Source: Christensenellaceae bacterium
Lineage (GTDB): Bacteria > Bacillota > Clostridia > Christensenellales > CAG-138
NCBI GenBank assembly: GCA_963667195.1
Contig: OY762962.1
Span: 1,754,591 to 1,818,590 of the forward strand
Direction: 5' to 3'
DNA: 64,000 nt
Made by a program: the position numbers and the translations under genes. The notes beneath the pieces are model-generated. The model saw nothing but the letters and a program-made list of their open reading frames with translations. It was not told the DNA's origin and did not search any database. Shown here piece after piece: positions 1 to 9,052 of this stretch. Within the stretch, counting starts at the first letter, position 1. Every line of letters begins with the position of its first letter.

Positions 1-1
1 C

Positions 2-76
2 GCGGGAATTCTCGCCGCGGATGGCTCTACGATCGCCGCGGGCGACCCGCTCTTTCTGTTAGATGAAGGAAACTGA
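2..76 (+). CDS. accB: biotin carboxyl carrier protein, 3' end only (gene runs off the window start)
   Basis: Frame 2 reads ...AGILAADGSTIAAGDPLFLLDEGN*, which resembles a BCCP C-terminus. It sits 1 nt upstream of accC. Confidence 0.6.
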   Translation, partial: AGILAADGSTIAAGDPLFLLDEGN

Positions 77-77
77 T

Positions 78-1439
78 ATGCAGACGGTACTCGTAGCAAA
101 TCGCGGGGAGATCGCCGTGCGCATCATCCGCAGCTGCAAAAAGCTGGGGCTTCGTTCGGTTGCGGTCTATTCGGAAAACGACGAGCGCTCGCTGCACGTT
201 CGCCTTGCGGACGAGAGCGTCTGCATCGGCCCGCGTCCCGCGGACAAGAGCTATCTCAATATCGACGCAATCCTCGCGGCGGCGAAGGCCTACCGCGCGG
301 ATTTGCTGCACCCCGGCGTGGGATTTCTTTCGGAAAACGACGCGTTTGCCGAGGCGTGCGACGAGGCTGGCATCCGCTTCATCGGCCCTTCGCCCGCGAG
401 CATGCGCGTGCTTGGCGACAAGGAAGCCGCGCGAAAGACCATGATCGCGAACGGTTTCCCCGTGGTGCCCGGTTCGGACGGCACGGTGGATACGCTCAAG
501 GAAGCAGTAGCCGCAGCAAAGACCATCGGCTATCCGCTGATGATCAAGGCCGCGAAGGGCGGCGGCGGCAAGGGCATCCGCATCGTGGAGGACGCCTGCG
601 CGCTGGAACGGGAGTTTCCGCTCGTGCGGCGTGAAGCCGAGCTCGCCTTTGGCGACGGCAGCGTGTATCTGGAGGCGTATCTGCCGCAGGCGCGGCACAT
701 CGAGGTGCAGATTCTCGCGGATATGCACGGAAACGTGCTGCATCTTGGCACGCGCGAATGCACGCTCCAGCGCAAGAATCAAAAGCTCATCGAGGAAGCG
801 CCGGCGGCAAATATCCCGGAAGCCACCCGCGCCGCGATTGAGCAGACAGCGGTGGACATCGCCCGCGCGGTGGGCTACCAGAACGCGGGCACGGTGGAGT
901 TCCTGCTCACGCGGGACGGGCGCTTCTTCTTTATGGAGATGAACGCGCGCATCCAGGTGGAGCACCCCATCACGGAGAGCATCTTCGGCCTTGACCTGAT
1001 CAAGGCGCAGATTCAGGTGGCGATGGGCCACCATATCCGCATTTCGCAGGAAAACCTGATTCCGCGCGGACACGCGATCGAATGCCGCATCAACGCGGAG
1101 TGTCCGGCGGAGAACTTCCGCCCGTCGCCCGGCGTGATCCAGCGCATGCAGCTGCCCGGCGGCAACGGCGTGCGCATCGACAGCGGCTATGCCACGGGAG
1201 ACGAGATTTCGCCCTACTACGACTCGATGGTGCTCAAGCTCATCTGCTATGCGGACGACCGCGACGAGTCCATTCGCCAGAGCCTCGCGGCGCTTGGGGA
1301 GCTGACCATCGACGGCATTGAGCACAATACGGAGCTCGCGCGCGCAATGCTCGCAGACCCGGATTTCCGCAGCGGCAACGTCCACACCAAGTGGATCGAA
1401 CAAGCATTTTTACCGCGATTTTTAAGAGGACACACATGA
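78..1439 (+). CDS. accC: acetyl-CoA carboxylase biotin carboxylase subunit
   Basis: MQTVLVANRGEIAVRIIR start, ATP-grasp core (GYPLMIKAAKGGGGKGIRIV, EMNARIQVEHP). Start placed at the ATG at 78, after a GAAGGAA RBS; the ORF track start at 63 overlaps accB. Confidence 0.95.
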   Translation: MQTVLVANRGEIAVRIIRSCKKLGLRSVAVYSENDERSLHVRLADESVCIGPRPADKSYLNIDAILAAAKAYRADLLHPGVGFLSENDAFAEACDEAGIRFIGPSPASMRVLGDKEAARKTMIANGFPVVPGSDGTVDTLKEAVAAAKTIGYPLMIKAAKGGGGKGIRIVEDACALEREFPLVRREAELAFGDGSVYLEAYLPQARHIEVQILADMHGNVLHLGTRECTLQRKNQKLIEEAPAANIPEATRAAIEQTAVDIARAVGYQNAGTVEFLLTRDGRFFFMEMNARIQVEHPITESIFGLDLIKAQIQVAMGHHIRISQENLIPRGHAIECRINAECPAENFRPSPGVIQRMQLPGGNGVRIDSGYATGDEISPYYDSMVLKLICYADDRDESIRQSLAALGELTIDGIEHNTELARAMLADPDFRSGNVHTKWIEQAFLPRFLRGHT

Positions 1440-2299
1440 ACCTGTTTTCGGAAACCATCGAACAGAGCCATATTCCCGCGGACGGTGAGACGAGCGCGCT
1501 GGACATGCTCCGCTGCGCGCGCTGCGGGCGCGATCTCGTTGCGGACGTGGTGCTCGCGGGCGACGCCGCCTGCCCGTATTGCGGGAACCTGTTTCGCCAG
1601 CCCGCGTACCGCCGCATCGAGGCGATTGTGGACAGTGGCAGCTTCATCGAAATCGAGCGCGAGACCGAGGCGGGCGACCCGCTTTCGTTCCCGGGCTATC
1701 GCACCAAGCTGGAAAAAGAGCGCGTCAAGAGCAAGATGCAGGAGGGCGTGGTCATCGGCAAAGCGACCATCAAAGGGCAACGCACCGCGCTCGCGGTCAT
1801 GGACAGCTATTTCATGATGGGCAGCATGGGCACCGTGGTGGGCGAAAAGATTGTCATCCTCGCGGAGTTCGCGCTCACGAACCGGCTTCCGCTCGTGATC
1901 TTCTGCGCCTCCGGCGGCGCGCGCATGCAGGAAGGCGTGCTTTCGCTGATGCAGATGTCGCGCACGACCATCGCGCTCGCACGGCACAGCGCGGCGGGGC
2001 TCCTGCACATCAACGTGCTTACGCACCCGACCACGGGGGGAGTAACCGCAAGCTTTGCCATGCAGGGAGACATCACGCTGGCTGAGCCCGGCGCGCTGAT
2101 CGGCTTTGCCGGCCCGCGCGTGATCGAGCAGACCATGCGGGACAAGCTACCGGAAGGGTTTCAGACGGCGGAGTATCTCGATGAACACGGGTTCGTTGAC
2201 CGGATTGTCGAGCGTAGGGATATGCGCGAAACGCTGGCATCGCTGCTTGCGCTGCACAACGCAGGCCAGACCGGTTCGTCACAACGGGAGGCGCACTAG
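1436..2299 (+). CDS. accD: acetyl-CoA carboxylase carboxyltransferase beta subunit
   Basis: N-terminal Zn-ribbon (CARCGRDL...CPYCGN) followed by a carboxyltransferase domain. ATGA overlap with the accC stop. Confidence 0.93.
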   Translation: MNLFSETIEQSHIPADGETSALDMLRCARCGRDLVADVVLAGDAACPYCGNLFRQPAYRRIEAIVDSGSFIEIERETEAGDPLSFPGYRTKLEKERVKSKMQEGVVIGKATIKGQRTALAVMDSYFMMGSMGTVVGEKIVILAEFALTNRLPLVIFCASGGARMQEGVLSLMQMSRTTIALARHSAAGLLHINVLTHPTTGGVTASFAMQGDITLAEPGALIGFAGPRVIEQTMRDKLPEGFQTAEYLDEHGFVDRIVERRDMRETLASLLALHNAGQTGSSQREAH

Positions 2300-3142
2300 A
2301 TGACTTCGATCAAGCAAAATCTCGCGATCGACACGCTGCCAAACGCGGCCGATCCCGCCTGGGCAAGCGTGATGAGCGCGCGCAAGGAAGATCGCCCGCA
2401 GGCGCGGGACTATATCGAAAAACTCTTTCACGGGGTCTTCGAGGTGCGTGGGGATCAATGCATGGGCGACGACGAGGCAATCGTGAGCGCCGTTGCGTGG
2501 TTTGAAACGTATCCCGTGACCATCATCGGCCAGCAGAAGGGACACACGCTCGAGGAGCGCATGCGCTGCAACTTCGGCATGCCGTCTCCGGAGGGCTACC
2601 GCAAGTCCATGCGCGCGCTGAAGCAGGCGGAGAAGTTCCATCGACCTGTGATCTGCCTTGTGGATACGCCGGGCGCGTTTTGCGGCGTCGAGGCGGAGGC
2701 AAAGGGGCAGGGACGCGTGATCGCGGAGCACCTGCGTGCTATGGCGATGGTGAAAACACCGTGCATCTCGATCATCATCGGCGAAGGCGGCAGCGGCGGC
2801 GCGCTAGCGCTCTCGCTTGCGGATCGGCTGATCATGCTCGAAAACAGCTACTTTTCGGTGATTTCGCCGGAGGGCGCCGCGTCGATTTTGTTCAAAGACA
2901 GCTCGATGGCGTCCGAAGCCGCGAAGAATCTCAAGCTTACGGCGGGCGATCTTAAGCGGTTCGGCATCGTGGACAGCGTAATCCGCGAGCCGGAAGGATA
3001 TTCCCGCGTGCATATGGACGAGAGCGTGGAGGCGGTGAAGAAAGCCATCCGAAACGCGCTGAAACGCCTGACCGCGCTGCCGCCGGATCGATTGGTCGAG
3101 CAGCGGCAACAGAAATATTTGAATATGAGGTGGTATGGATGA
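2300..3142 (+). CDS. accA: acetyl-CoA carboxylase carboxyltransferase alpha subunit
   Basis: Typical AccA core (VDTPGAFCGVEAEAKGQG, IIIGEGGSGGALAL). Starts directly after the accD stop. Confidence 0.93.
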   Translation: MTSIKQNLAIDTLPNAADPAWASVMSARKEDRPQARDYIEKLFHGVFEVRGDQCMGDDEAIVSAVAWFETYPVTIIGQQKGHTLEERMRCNFGMPSPEGYRKSMRALKQAEKFHRPVICLVDTPGAFCGVEAEAKGQGRVIAEHLRAMAMVKTPCISIIIGEGGSGGALALSLADRLIMLENSYFSVISPEGAASILFKDSSMASEAAKNLKLTAGDLKRFGIVDSVIREPEGYSRVHMDESVEAVKKAIRNALKRLTALPPDRLVEQRQQKYLNMRWYG

Positions 3143-4134
3143 TCGCGCCTGTGTCGATTACGGGAATCGGTAAATGCGTCCCCGAAAAAGTGGTGACCAA
3201 CGACGATTTAGCGCAGCTCGTGGAGACGAGCGACGAGTGGATCAGCAAGCGCACGGGCATCCGCGCGCGGCACGTCGCGGTGGAGGAAACTGCGATTGAG
3301 CTCGCGGTCTCTGCCGCAAACAGCGCGCTGACCATGTCCGGCGAAAGCCCAGCGGACGTCGGCGTGATCGTCGCCTGCACCATTACGGCGGAGGAACTCA
3401 CGCCCTCGCTCGCGGGCAGAGTGCAGCGCGCGCTGAACATTCCCGTCTGCGCGGCGATGGACGTTTCCGCGGGCTGCACGGGGTTTGTCTATGCGCTCGT
3501 GACCGCGGCCTCCCTGATGGACACGCTCAACAAGGACGTCGCCATCGTAGTGGCGAGCGAGGTCATGACAAAGTATTGCGACTGGACGGATCGCTCCACC
3601 TGCGTGCTCTTTGGAGACGGCGCGGGCGCGGTGGTGCTCAAAAGAAGCGAGGTGGCGCATCTGCTGCACCCGATTCTTTCCGCTACTCCGGACGTGGACG
3701 ACGTGATCGTGGTCAAAAAAGAAGCGCGGAACACGCCGTTTACCGGAGAGGTCGAGTCGAAGCGCGAGTCCATCCGGATGAAGGGCGCAGACGTGTTCAC
3801 CTATGCCGTGGGCGTGCTGGAAAACACGCTGAACGACCTCTCCGCGCGCTGCGGCGATCATCCCATCGACAAGATCGTTCCGCATCAGGCGAACGAGAAG
3901 ATCATCGACTTCGTAATCCGCACGATGAAGTTCGGGCGCGAACAGTTTTTCGTGAACATCGCAAACTATGCCAATACATCCTCCGCCTCGATTCCGATTG
4001 CGCTTTGCGAAGCGATGGAATCCGGCTGGCTGAACGCGGGCGACCGCGTGGCCATCGTCGGCTTCGGCTCGGGACTCACCAACGGCGGAGCGGTGATCGA
4101 TTGGACGATAACAAACAAAAAGGAGAACAAATAA
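3139..4134 (+). CDS. fabH: 3-oxoacyl-ACP synthase III
   Basis: FabH-like N-terminus (ITGIGKCVPEKVVTNDDL), active-site context SAGCTGFVYAL, and HQAN / GFGSG motifs. ATGA overlap with accA; a GTG at 3130 is an alternative start. Confidence 0.92.
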   Translation: MIAPVSITGIGKCVPEKVVTNDDLAQLVETSDEWISKRTGIRARHVAVEETAIELAVSAANSALTMSGESPADVGVIVACTITAEELTPSLAGRVQRALNIPVCAAMDVSAGCTGFVYALVTAASLMDTLNKDVAIVVASEVMTKYCDWTDRSTCVLFGDGAGAVVLKRSEVAHLLHPILSATPDVDDVIVVKKEARNTPFTGEVESKRESIRMKGADVFTYAVGVLENTLNDLSARCGDHPIDKIVPHQANEKIIDFVIRTMKFGREQFFVNIANYANTSSASIPIALCEAMESGWLNAGDRVAIVGFGSGLTNGGAVIDWTITNKKENK

Positions 4135-4135
4135 C

Positions 4136-4360
4136 ATGCAGGAAAAAATTATCGCAAGCCTTATGACGCAACTGGATCTGGATCGCGATGCGATCATGAT
4201 GGAAAGCCGCTTTATCGAGGATTTCTCGATGGACTCTCTGGACATGGTGGAGATGCTCATCAACCTCGAAAAAGAGACCGGCATCAAGGTTCCCGTGGAA
4301 GAAGTGGGCGATATCCACACCGTCGGCGAACTGGTCAAGCATCTGGAAGGAAAACAGTAA
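4136..4360 (+). CDS. acpP: acyl carrier protein
   Basis: 74 aa with the phosphopantetheine site context DFSMDSLDMVEM. Confidence 0.93.
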   Translation: MQEKIIASLMTQLDLDRDAIMMESRFIEDFSMDSLDMVEMLINLEKETGIKVPVEEVGDIHTVGELVKHLEGKQ

Positions 4361-5322
4361 TGAGTTATCCCGGTACCATCTGTGAGCTGATAGGTACGCA
4401 ATACCCGCTCATTCAGGGCGGCATGGCGTGGGTTTCGGACGCAAACCTCGCCGCCGCGGTCTCGAAGGCGGGCGGCCTCGGCGTAATCGCCGCGGGCAAC
4501 GCGCCGCCGGAGTGGGTGGAAACGCAGGTCAAGCGCCTCCGTGAACAGACGGACAAGCCGTTTGGCCTCAACGTCATGCTCCTGAGCCCCTATGTTGCGC
4601 AGATTGCCGAGCTGGTCTACGACCTCAAGGTGCCTGTTGTCATCACGGGCGCGGGTAACCCCGACGCGTACGTCAAGCGCTGGAAAGAGGCGGGCTGCAT
4701 CGTCGCGCCCGTAGTCGCAAGCCGCGCGCTTGCGATGCTGATGGAGCGCATGGGCGCGGATTTCGTGATTGCGGAGGGCTGCGAGGCGGGGGGCCACATC
4801 GGTGAGCTTACCTCGATGGTGCTCTGGCCGGATATCGCGCGCAGCGTGAGCATTCCTGTCGTGGCGGCGGGCGGCGTATTCGATGCTGCCGGCGTTGCCG
4901 CGGCGTTCTGCCTGGGAGCTGCGGGCGTACAGGTCGGCACGCGGTTCATCCTCGCCGAAGAATGCACCGCGCACATGGAGTATAAGGAGCGCGTCATTCG
5001 CGCAAAAGACATCGACAGCAAGGTTACGGGCCGCATTACGGGTCATCCGGTGCGCGTGCTCCGCAGCCCCTTGCAGCGGGAGCTTGCCAGCGCGGAATAC
5101 GGGCCGGACGGCGCGGTCGCGGTGGAAAAGCTCGGCGAAGGCTCGCTGATGCGCGCGGTGGTGCATGGAGACAAGGAGCGCGGCTCGTTCATGGCGGGAC
5201 AGTGCGCCTGCATGTGCGATCGTGTTCAGCCCGCAAGCGAAATCGTGCGGGAGCTGTTTGACCCCGCTTCGATCAAGGCGGCACTCGCTGGCGCTTCGGC
5301 ATGTCTGGAGGCGAACGCATGA
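4360..5322 (+). CDS. fabK: enoyl-ACP reductase II (FMN-dependent, nitronate monooxygenase family)
   Basis: NMO/FabK-like sequence (IQGGMAWVS, EAGGHIG) at the fabK position between acpP and fabD. Confidence 0.88.
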   Translation: MSYPGTICELIGTQYPLIQGGMAWVSDANLAAAVSKAGGLGVIAAGNAPPEWVETQVKRLREQTDKPFGLNVMLLSPYVAQIAELVYDLKVPVVITGAGNPDAYVKRWKEAGCIVAPVVASRALAMLMERMGADFVIAEGCEAGGHIGELTSMVLWPDIARSVSIPVVAAGGVFDAAGVAAAFCLGAAGVQVGTRFILAEECTAHMEYKERVIRAKDIDSKVTGRITGHPVRVLRSPLQRELASAEYGPDGAVAVEKLGEGSLMRAVVHGDKERGSFMAGQCACMCDRVQPASEIVRELFDPASIKAALAGASACLEANA

Positions 5323-6248
5323 AGACGGCATTTTTATTTCCCGGCCAGGGCTCGCAAACGCCCGGCATGGGCTCGGACTTATATCTATCCTTCAGCCGTT
5401 ATCGCGAGGCCTTCGACCGCTGTGAGGCGGGCGCGGGCATCGACCTCAAGTCCGCTTGTTTCAAAGGCGAGGGCATGGACGAAAGCTCGGTCATTCAGGC
5501 CGCGATCTACACGCATTCCCTTGCGATTCTGCGCACACTCGAAACCGAGGGCGTGCAGGCGGATGTGTTCGCGGGGCTTTCTCTCGGCGAATACACGGCG
5601 CTGGCAGCCTCCGGCGTGCTGATGGATGCGCAGGGCGCGTCCATCGTGCACAGGCGCGGGGCTATCATGGATGGCGCGGTGCCTCCCGGTACGGGCGGCA
5701 TGCTCTCCGTCGTGGGACTCACGATGGAGCAGGTGGAAGCGGCGATTGCGCCGTTTTCCAACGTGTACGTCGCAAACCATCTCTCTGAAACGCAGATGAC
5801 GCTTGGCGGCTTGCTTGGCGAACTCGCGGAGGCAAAGACCGCTTTGGAAGCCGCTGGCGCGAGGATGGCGGTCATGCTTGCGATGAAAGGCCCTTCGCAC
5901 TGCCCGTTGCTGGATCAGGCTGCGGAGCGGTTTTCCTGCGAACTTGCGGGAGAAATCTTCGGCGAACCGTGCGGCATCGTGTACAGCAACGCCCTCGGCG
6001 CGCCGTACCCGATCGGCGCGGATTATCGCGCGCTTCTCTGCGCGCAGATGAACACGCGCGTACGCTGGCACGACTGCGTGGAGGCGATGCTCGCGAGTGG
6101 GGTCACCCGCTTTGTCGAGATCGGCCCCGGCGGTGTGCTGAGTAAGATGCTCAAGCGCCGCGTCGGGCGCGACATCGCGCTCTTTAGCGTGCAGGACGAA
6201 GCTTCTCTAGAGGCATTCCTCCGCGCGGAAAAAGAGGGCGGCGTATGA
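5319..6248 (+). CDS. fabD: malonyl-CoA:ACP transacylase
   Basis: MKTAFLFPGQGSQ start and GLSLGEYTAL active-site motif. ATGA overlap with the fabK stop. Confidence 0.93.
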   Translation: MKTAFLFPGQGSQTPGMGSDLYLSFSRYREAFDRCEAGAGIDLKSACFKGEGMDESSVIQAAIYTHSLAILRTLETEGVQADVFAGLSLGEYTALAASGVLMDAQGASIVHRRGAIMDGAVPPGTGGMLSVVGLTMEQVEAAIAPFSNVYVANHLSETQMTLGGLLGELAEAKTALEAAGARMAVMLAMKGPSHCPLLDQAAERFSCELAGEIFGEPCGIVYSNALGAPYPIGADYRALLCAQMNTRVRWHDCVEAMLASGVTRFVEIGPGGVLSKMLKRRVGRDIALFSVQDEASLEAFLRAEKEGGV

Positions 6249-6979
6249 GCAATGTGGCGCTGGTCACGGGCGGCAGCGGAGGCATCGGCAAGGCCATCTG
6301 CCTGCAGCTCGCCAACGACGGCTTCGACGTCTGCGTGCACTACAACAGCAATCGAGCAGTCGCGGAGGAAGTCTGCCGCGAGGTCGAGCTGATCGGACGC
6401 AAGGCGGTTGCCTTATCTGGCGATCTCGGCGATTCCGCCGCGTGCATCGCTCTGGTGCAGGGCTGCGTGGAGTCGCTCGGGGGCTTGTCCGTGCTGGTCA
6501 ACAACGCGGGACAGACCTCGGACGGACTTCTCATGCGCATGCCGGACGAGCAGTATCACAAGGTGCTGCGCGCAAACCTCGACAGTTGCTTCTTTATGAC
6601 GCGCGAGGCGATCAACGTCATGGCGCGGGAAAAGCGCGGCAAGATCGTCAACATCACGTCCGTGGTGGGGCTCACCGGCAACGCGGGGCAGGTTAATTAC
6701 GCCGCGAGCAAGGCCGGCATGGTGGGGCTCACGAAGTCCGCCGCCAAGGAGGTCGCGCGCTGGAATATCTGCGTCAACGCGGTTGCGCCCGGCTATATCG
6801 AGACCGCGATGACGGAGGCGATGACGGAACTCGCCAAGGATGCGCTCAAGAAGAGCATTCCCATGCGCCGTATCGGCAAGGCGGAGGACGTTGCCCATAT
6901 GGTCTCGTTTCTCTGCTCCGAGGGCGCGAACTATGTCACAGGGCAGGTATTCGTCGTAGACGGCGGCATGGCGATGTAA
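6245..6979 (+). CDS. fabG: 3-oxoacyl-ACP reductase (SDR)
   Basis: TGGSGGIGKA Rossmann motif, NNAG, YAASKAG catalytic motif. 4-nt overlap with fabD. Confidence 0.93.
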   Translation: MSNVALVTGGSGGIGKAICLQLANDGFDVCVHYNSNRAVAEEVCREVELIGRKAVALSGDLGDSAACIALVQGCVESLGGLSVLVNNAGQTSDGLLMRMPDEQYHKVLRANLDSCFFMTREAINVMAREKRGKIVNITSVVGLTGNAGQVNYAASKAGMVGLTKSAAKEVARWNICVNAVAPGYIETAMTEAMTELAKDALKKSIPMRRIGKAEDVAHMVSFLCSEGANYVTGQVFVVDGGMAM

Positions 6980-7011
6980 TCCAAGCCGCAATGCAAGGAG
7001 GAATCATGGGT

Positions 7012-8241
7012 ATGGAAGTTTTTATCACCGGTATCGGCGCTGTTTCGCCCATCGGCATGACCGCGCGGGAGAGCTTTTCCGCGGCGCTCGCGGGCAAGAG
7101 CGGCATCTCCGCGCCGGAGCAGTTTTCATCGGAAGTAACGCAGATTTTCGCGGCGGGACAGGTCAAGGACTTTACGCCGGAGCCGTATATCAACAAGCGC
7201 GAGGCGAAGCGCATGGCGCGCTTTACGCAGATGGCGATCGTCGCCGCGGCGCAGGCCTGGGAAGAGGCGGGATTTCGTCCCGAGGACTATGACCCGGAGC
7301 GCGTCGGCGTGGTGCTGGGCAGTGGCATGGGCGGCCTGGACGTAATCTGCGAGCAGTACGCGGAGCTCGTCAACAACGGGCCGAGGAGCGTCTCCTCGTT
7401 CTTCATCCCGAAATCGATCATCAACACCACCGCGGGGCTGATCGCGATTCGCTACGGCCTCAACGGCCCGTGCTACTCGGTCGTGACCGCGTGCGCGTCC
7501 GGCGCGGATGCCATCGGTCAGGCGTATTATGCCGTGCGCGAGGGCAGAGCGGATGCAATGCTCGTCGGCGGCGCGGAAGCGGTGCTCATCGAGCTCGCGG
7601 TGCAGGGGTTCCATCAGATGGGCGCGCTCAGCGAAAGCACGGACGTCGCCCGCGCGAGCATCCCCTTTGACAAGGATCGCGACGGGTTCGTGATCGGTGA
7701 AGGCGCGGCGTTCATGCTGCTGGAAAGCGAAGCGAGTGCCAAGCGCCGCGGAGCGAAACCAATCGGCACACTCGCGGGCTATGCGCAGACCTGCGACGCA
7801 CACCACATCACGGCACCGCATCCGGAAGGCAAGCAGACCATCCGCGCGATGGCGGAGGCGATCAAGGATGCGGGCATCACGAAGGAACAGGTCGGCTACA
7901 TCAACGCCCACGGCACGAGCACGCCGCTCAACGACGCGGCGGAGAGTGCGGCCATCGAGGCCTGCTTTGGCGACTACGCGTCCCGGCTCAAGGTGAGCTC
8001 GACAAAGTCCATGACGGGGCACATGCTGGGAGCCGCCGGCGCGTTTGAAGCGGTGATTTCGCTGCTCGCGCTCAACGAGGGCATGGCGCCGCCGACCATC
8101 GGACTGGAAACCGAGGACGAGGTCTGCCGCCTGAACTATGTCAAGGGTAAGGCGCAGAAGCTCGACAGCGAGTATGCGCTCTCCAATTCGCTTGGCTTCG
8201 GCGGGCACAACAGCTGCCTCGTGCTCAAGCGCGGGAGGTAA
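7012..8241 (+). CDS. fabF: 3-oxoacyl-ACP synthase II
   Basis: KAS II features (TACASGADAIG, NAHGTSTPLND, GFGGHN). An AAGGAGG RBS sits at 6995-7001; ATGs at 6991 and 7006 are alternative starts. Confidence 0.92.
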   Translation: MEVFITGIGAVSPIGMTARESFSAALAGKSGISAPEQFSSEVTQIFAAGQVKDFTPEPYINKREAKRMARFTQMAIVAAAQAWEEAGFRPEDYDPERVGVVLGSGMGGLDVICEQYAELVNNGPRSVSSFFIPKSIINTTAGLIAIRYGLNGPCYSVVTACASGADAIGQAYYAVREGRADAMLVGGAEAVLIELAVQGFHQMGALSESTDVARASIPFDKDRDGFVIGEGAAFMLLESEASAKRRGAKPIGTLAGYAQTCDAHHITAPHPEGKQTIRAMAEAIKDAGITKEQVGYINAHGTSTPLNDAAESAAIEACFGDYASRLKVSSTKSMTGHMLGAAGAFEAVISLLALNEGMAPPTIGLETEDEVCRLNYVKGKAQKLDSEYALSNSLGFGGHNSCLVLKRGR

Positions 8242-8247
8242 CAGCGC

Positions 8248-8700
8248 GTGGAGCAAAGAGAAACAACCAGCCTCGGAGTCGAACAGATCAAGGAGATTTT
8301 GCCACACCGCGAGCCGTTTTTGATGGTGGATCGCGTGGATGAGCTTGTGCCCGGCAAGACCGCGAAGTGCGTGAAAGCGGTCTCCGGCAACGAGTGGTAT
8401 TTCATGGGGCATTTTGTGCAAAAGAAGGTCATGCCCGGCGTGCTGATCGTCGAAGCCCTCGCGCAAGCGGGCGGCATCGCGCTGCTCACGCTGGAGGACA
8501 TGCGCGGCAAGCTCGCGTTTCTCGGCAAGATCACCAACGCGCGGTTTCATGCACCCGTGGTGCCGGGGGATCTGTTGGAGCTCACGAGCGAGATCACCGC
8601 GGTCAACGGCGCGATCGGAATCGGCGCAGGTGTTGCGCGGGTTGCGGGCAAGAAGGTCTGCTCCTGCGAATTCGTGTTCGCGATCAAAGACCCGGACTGA
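8248..8700 (+). CDS. fabZ: 3-hydroxyacyl-ACP dehydratase
   Basis: FabZ hot-dog motifs (LPHREPFLMVD, GHF...MPGVLIVEALAQ). GTG start. Confidence 0.92.
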   Translation: MEQRETTSLGVEQIKEILPHREPFLMVDRVDELVPGKTAKCVKAVSGNEWYFMGHFVQKKVMPGVLIVEALAQAGGIALLTLEDMRGKLAFLGKITNARFHAPVVPGDLLELTSEITAVNGAIGIGAGVARVAGKKVCSCEFVFAIKDPD

Positions 8701-8725
8701 CGATATCCGAAACGTGTGAAAAACA

Positions 8726-8758
8726 GCTCTGAACGATATTTGTTCAGGGCTTTTCTTC
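8726..8758 (+). terminator. putative Rho-independent terminator after fabZ
   Basis: Stem GCTCTGAAC / GTTCAGGGC (one G-U pair), 7-nt loop, followed by TTTTCTTCG. Confidence 0.5.
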
Positions 8759-8902
8759 GATCTGCGGTGCAATTGGACACCATAGACGGCTTTTTTTGTA
8801 TATTTTCCGATATTTTGGGTGGGGCGTTCATCGCCGGCACGCCTGTGAAAAACAGACAGAACACTATGCTGTTTTTCATATATGTCCTCAATAAAAAATA
8901 GA

Positions 8903-8931
8903 TTGGATTTGTTTTAAAAAAGGAATATGAT
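8903..8931 (+). promoter_or_regulatory. putative sigmaA promoter of the ATPase-RCK operon
   Basis: TTGGAT, 17-nt spacer, TATGAT. It would give a leader of roughly 115 nt. Confidence 0.4.
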
Positions 8932-9052
8932 TGTTTATCGATTGCGACAGAACATAACGATCATCAGGGGGGAATAAATCGGCAGCGTACGCAGTAGCAG
9001 ACCAATTCGGAGTCAAATCCGATGGAGATGCGAGTACGGTGCATGAAACACT

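Noticed and set aside
27-1403. 458-aa minus-strand ORF antisense to accC.
   Set aside because: A shadow ORF opposite a clear biotin carboxylase.
3208-5331. 707-aa ORF on the minus strand, antisense to fabH, acpP and fabK.
   Set aside because: Its composition is Arg/Ala/His-rich and low-complexity. It fully overlaps well-supported fab genes on the opposite strand. This is a typical high-GC shadow ORF.
7126-8772. 548-aa ORF antisense to fabF and fabZ.
   Set aside because: Same reasoning: a shadow ORF opposite genes that carry clear catalytic motifs.
8938-9052. A c-di-AMP (ydaO), M-box or yybP-ykoY riboswitch in the ATPase leader.
   Set aside because: Only short fortuitous matches were seen (GGGGGGAAU, UAGCAGACC, AAUCCG). 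The leader is too short and lacks the paired conserved halves of these motifs. It is kept as an unassigned leader in the findings.
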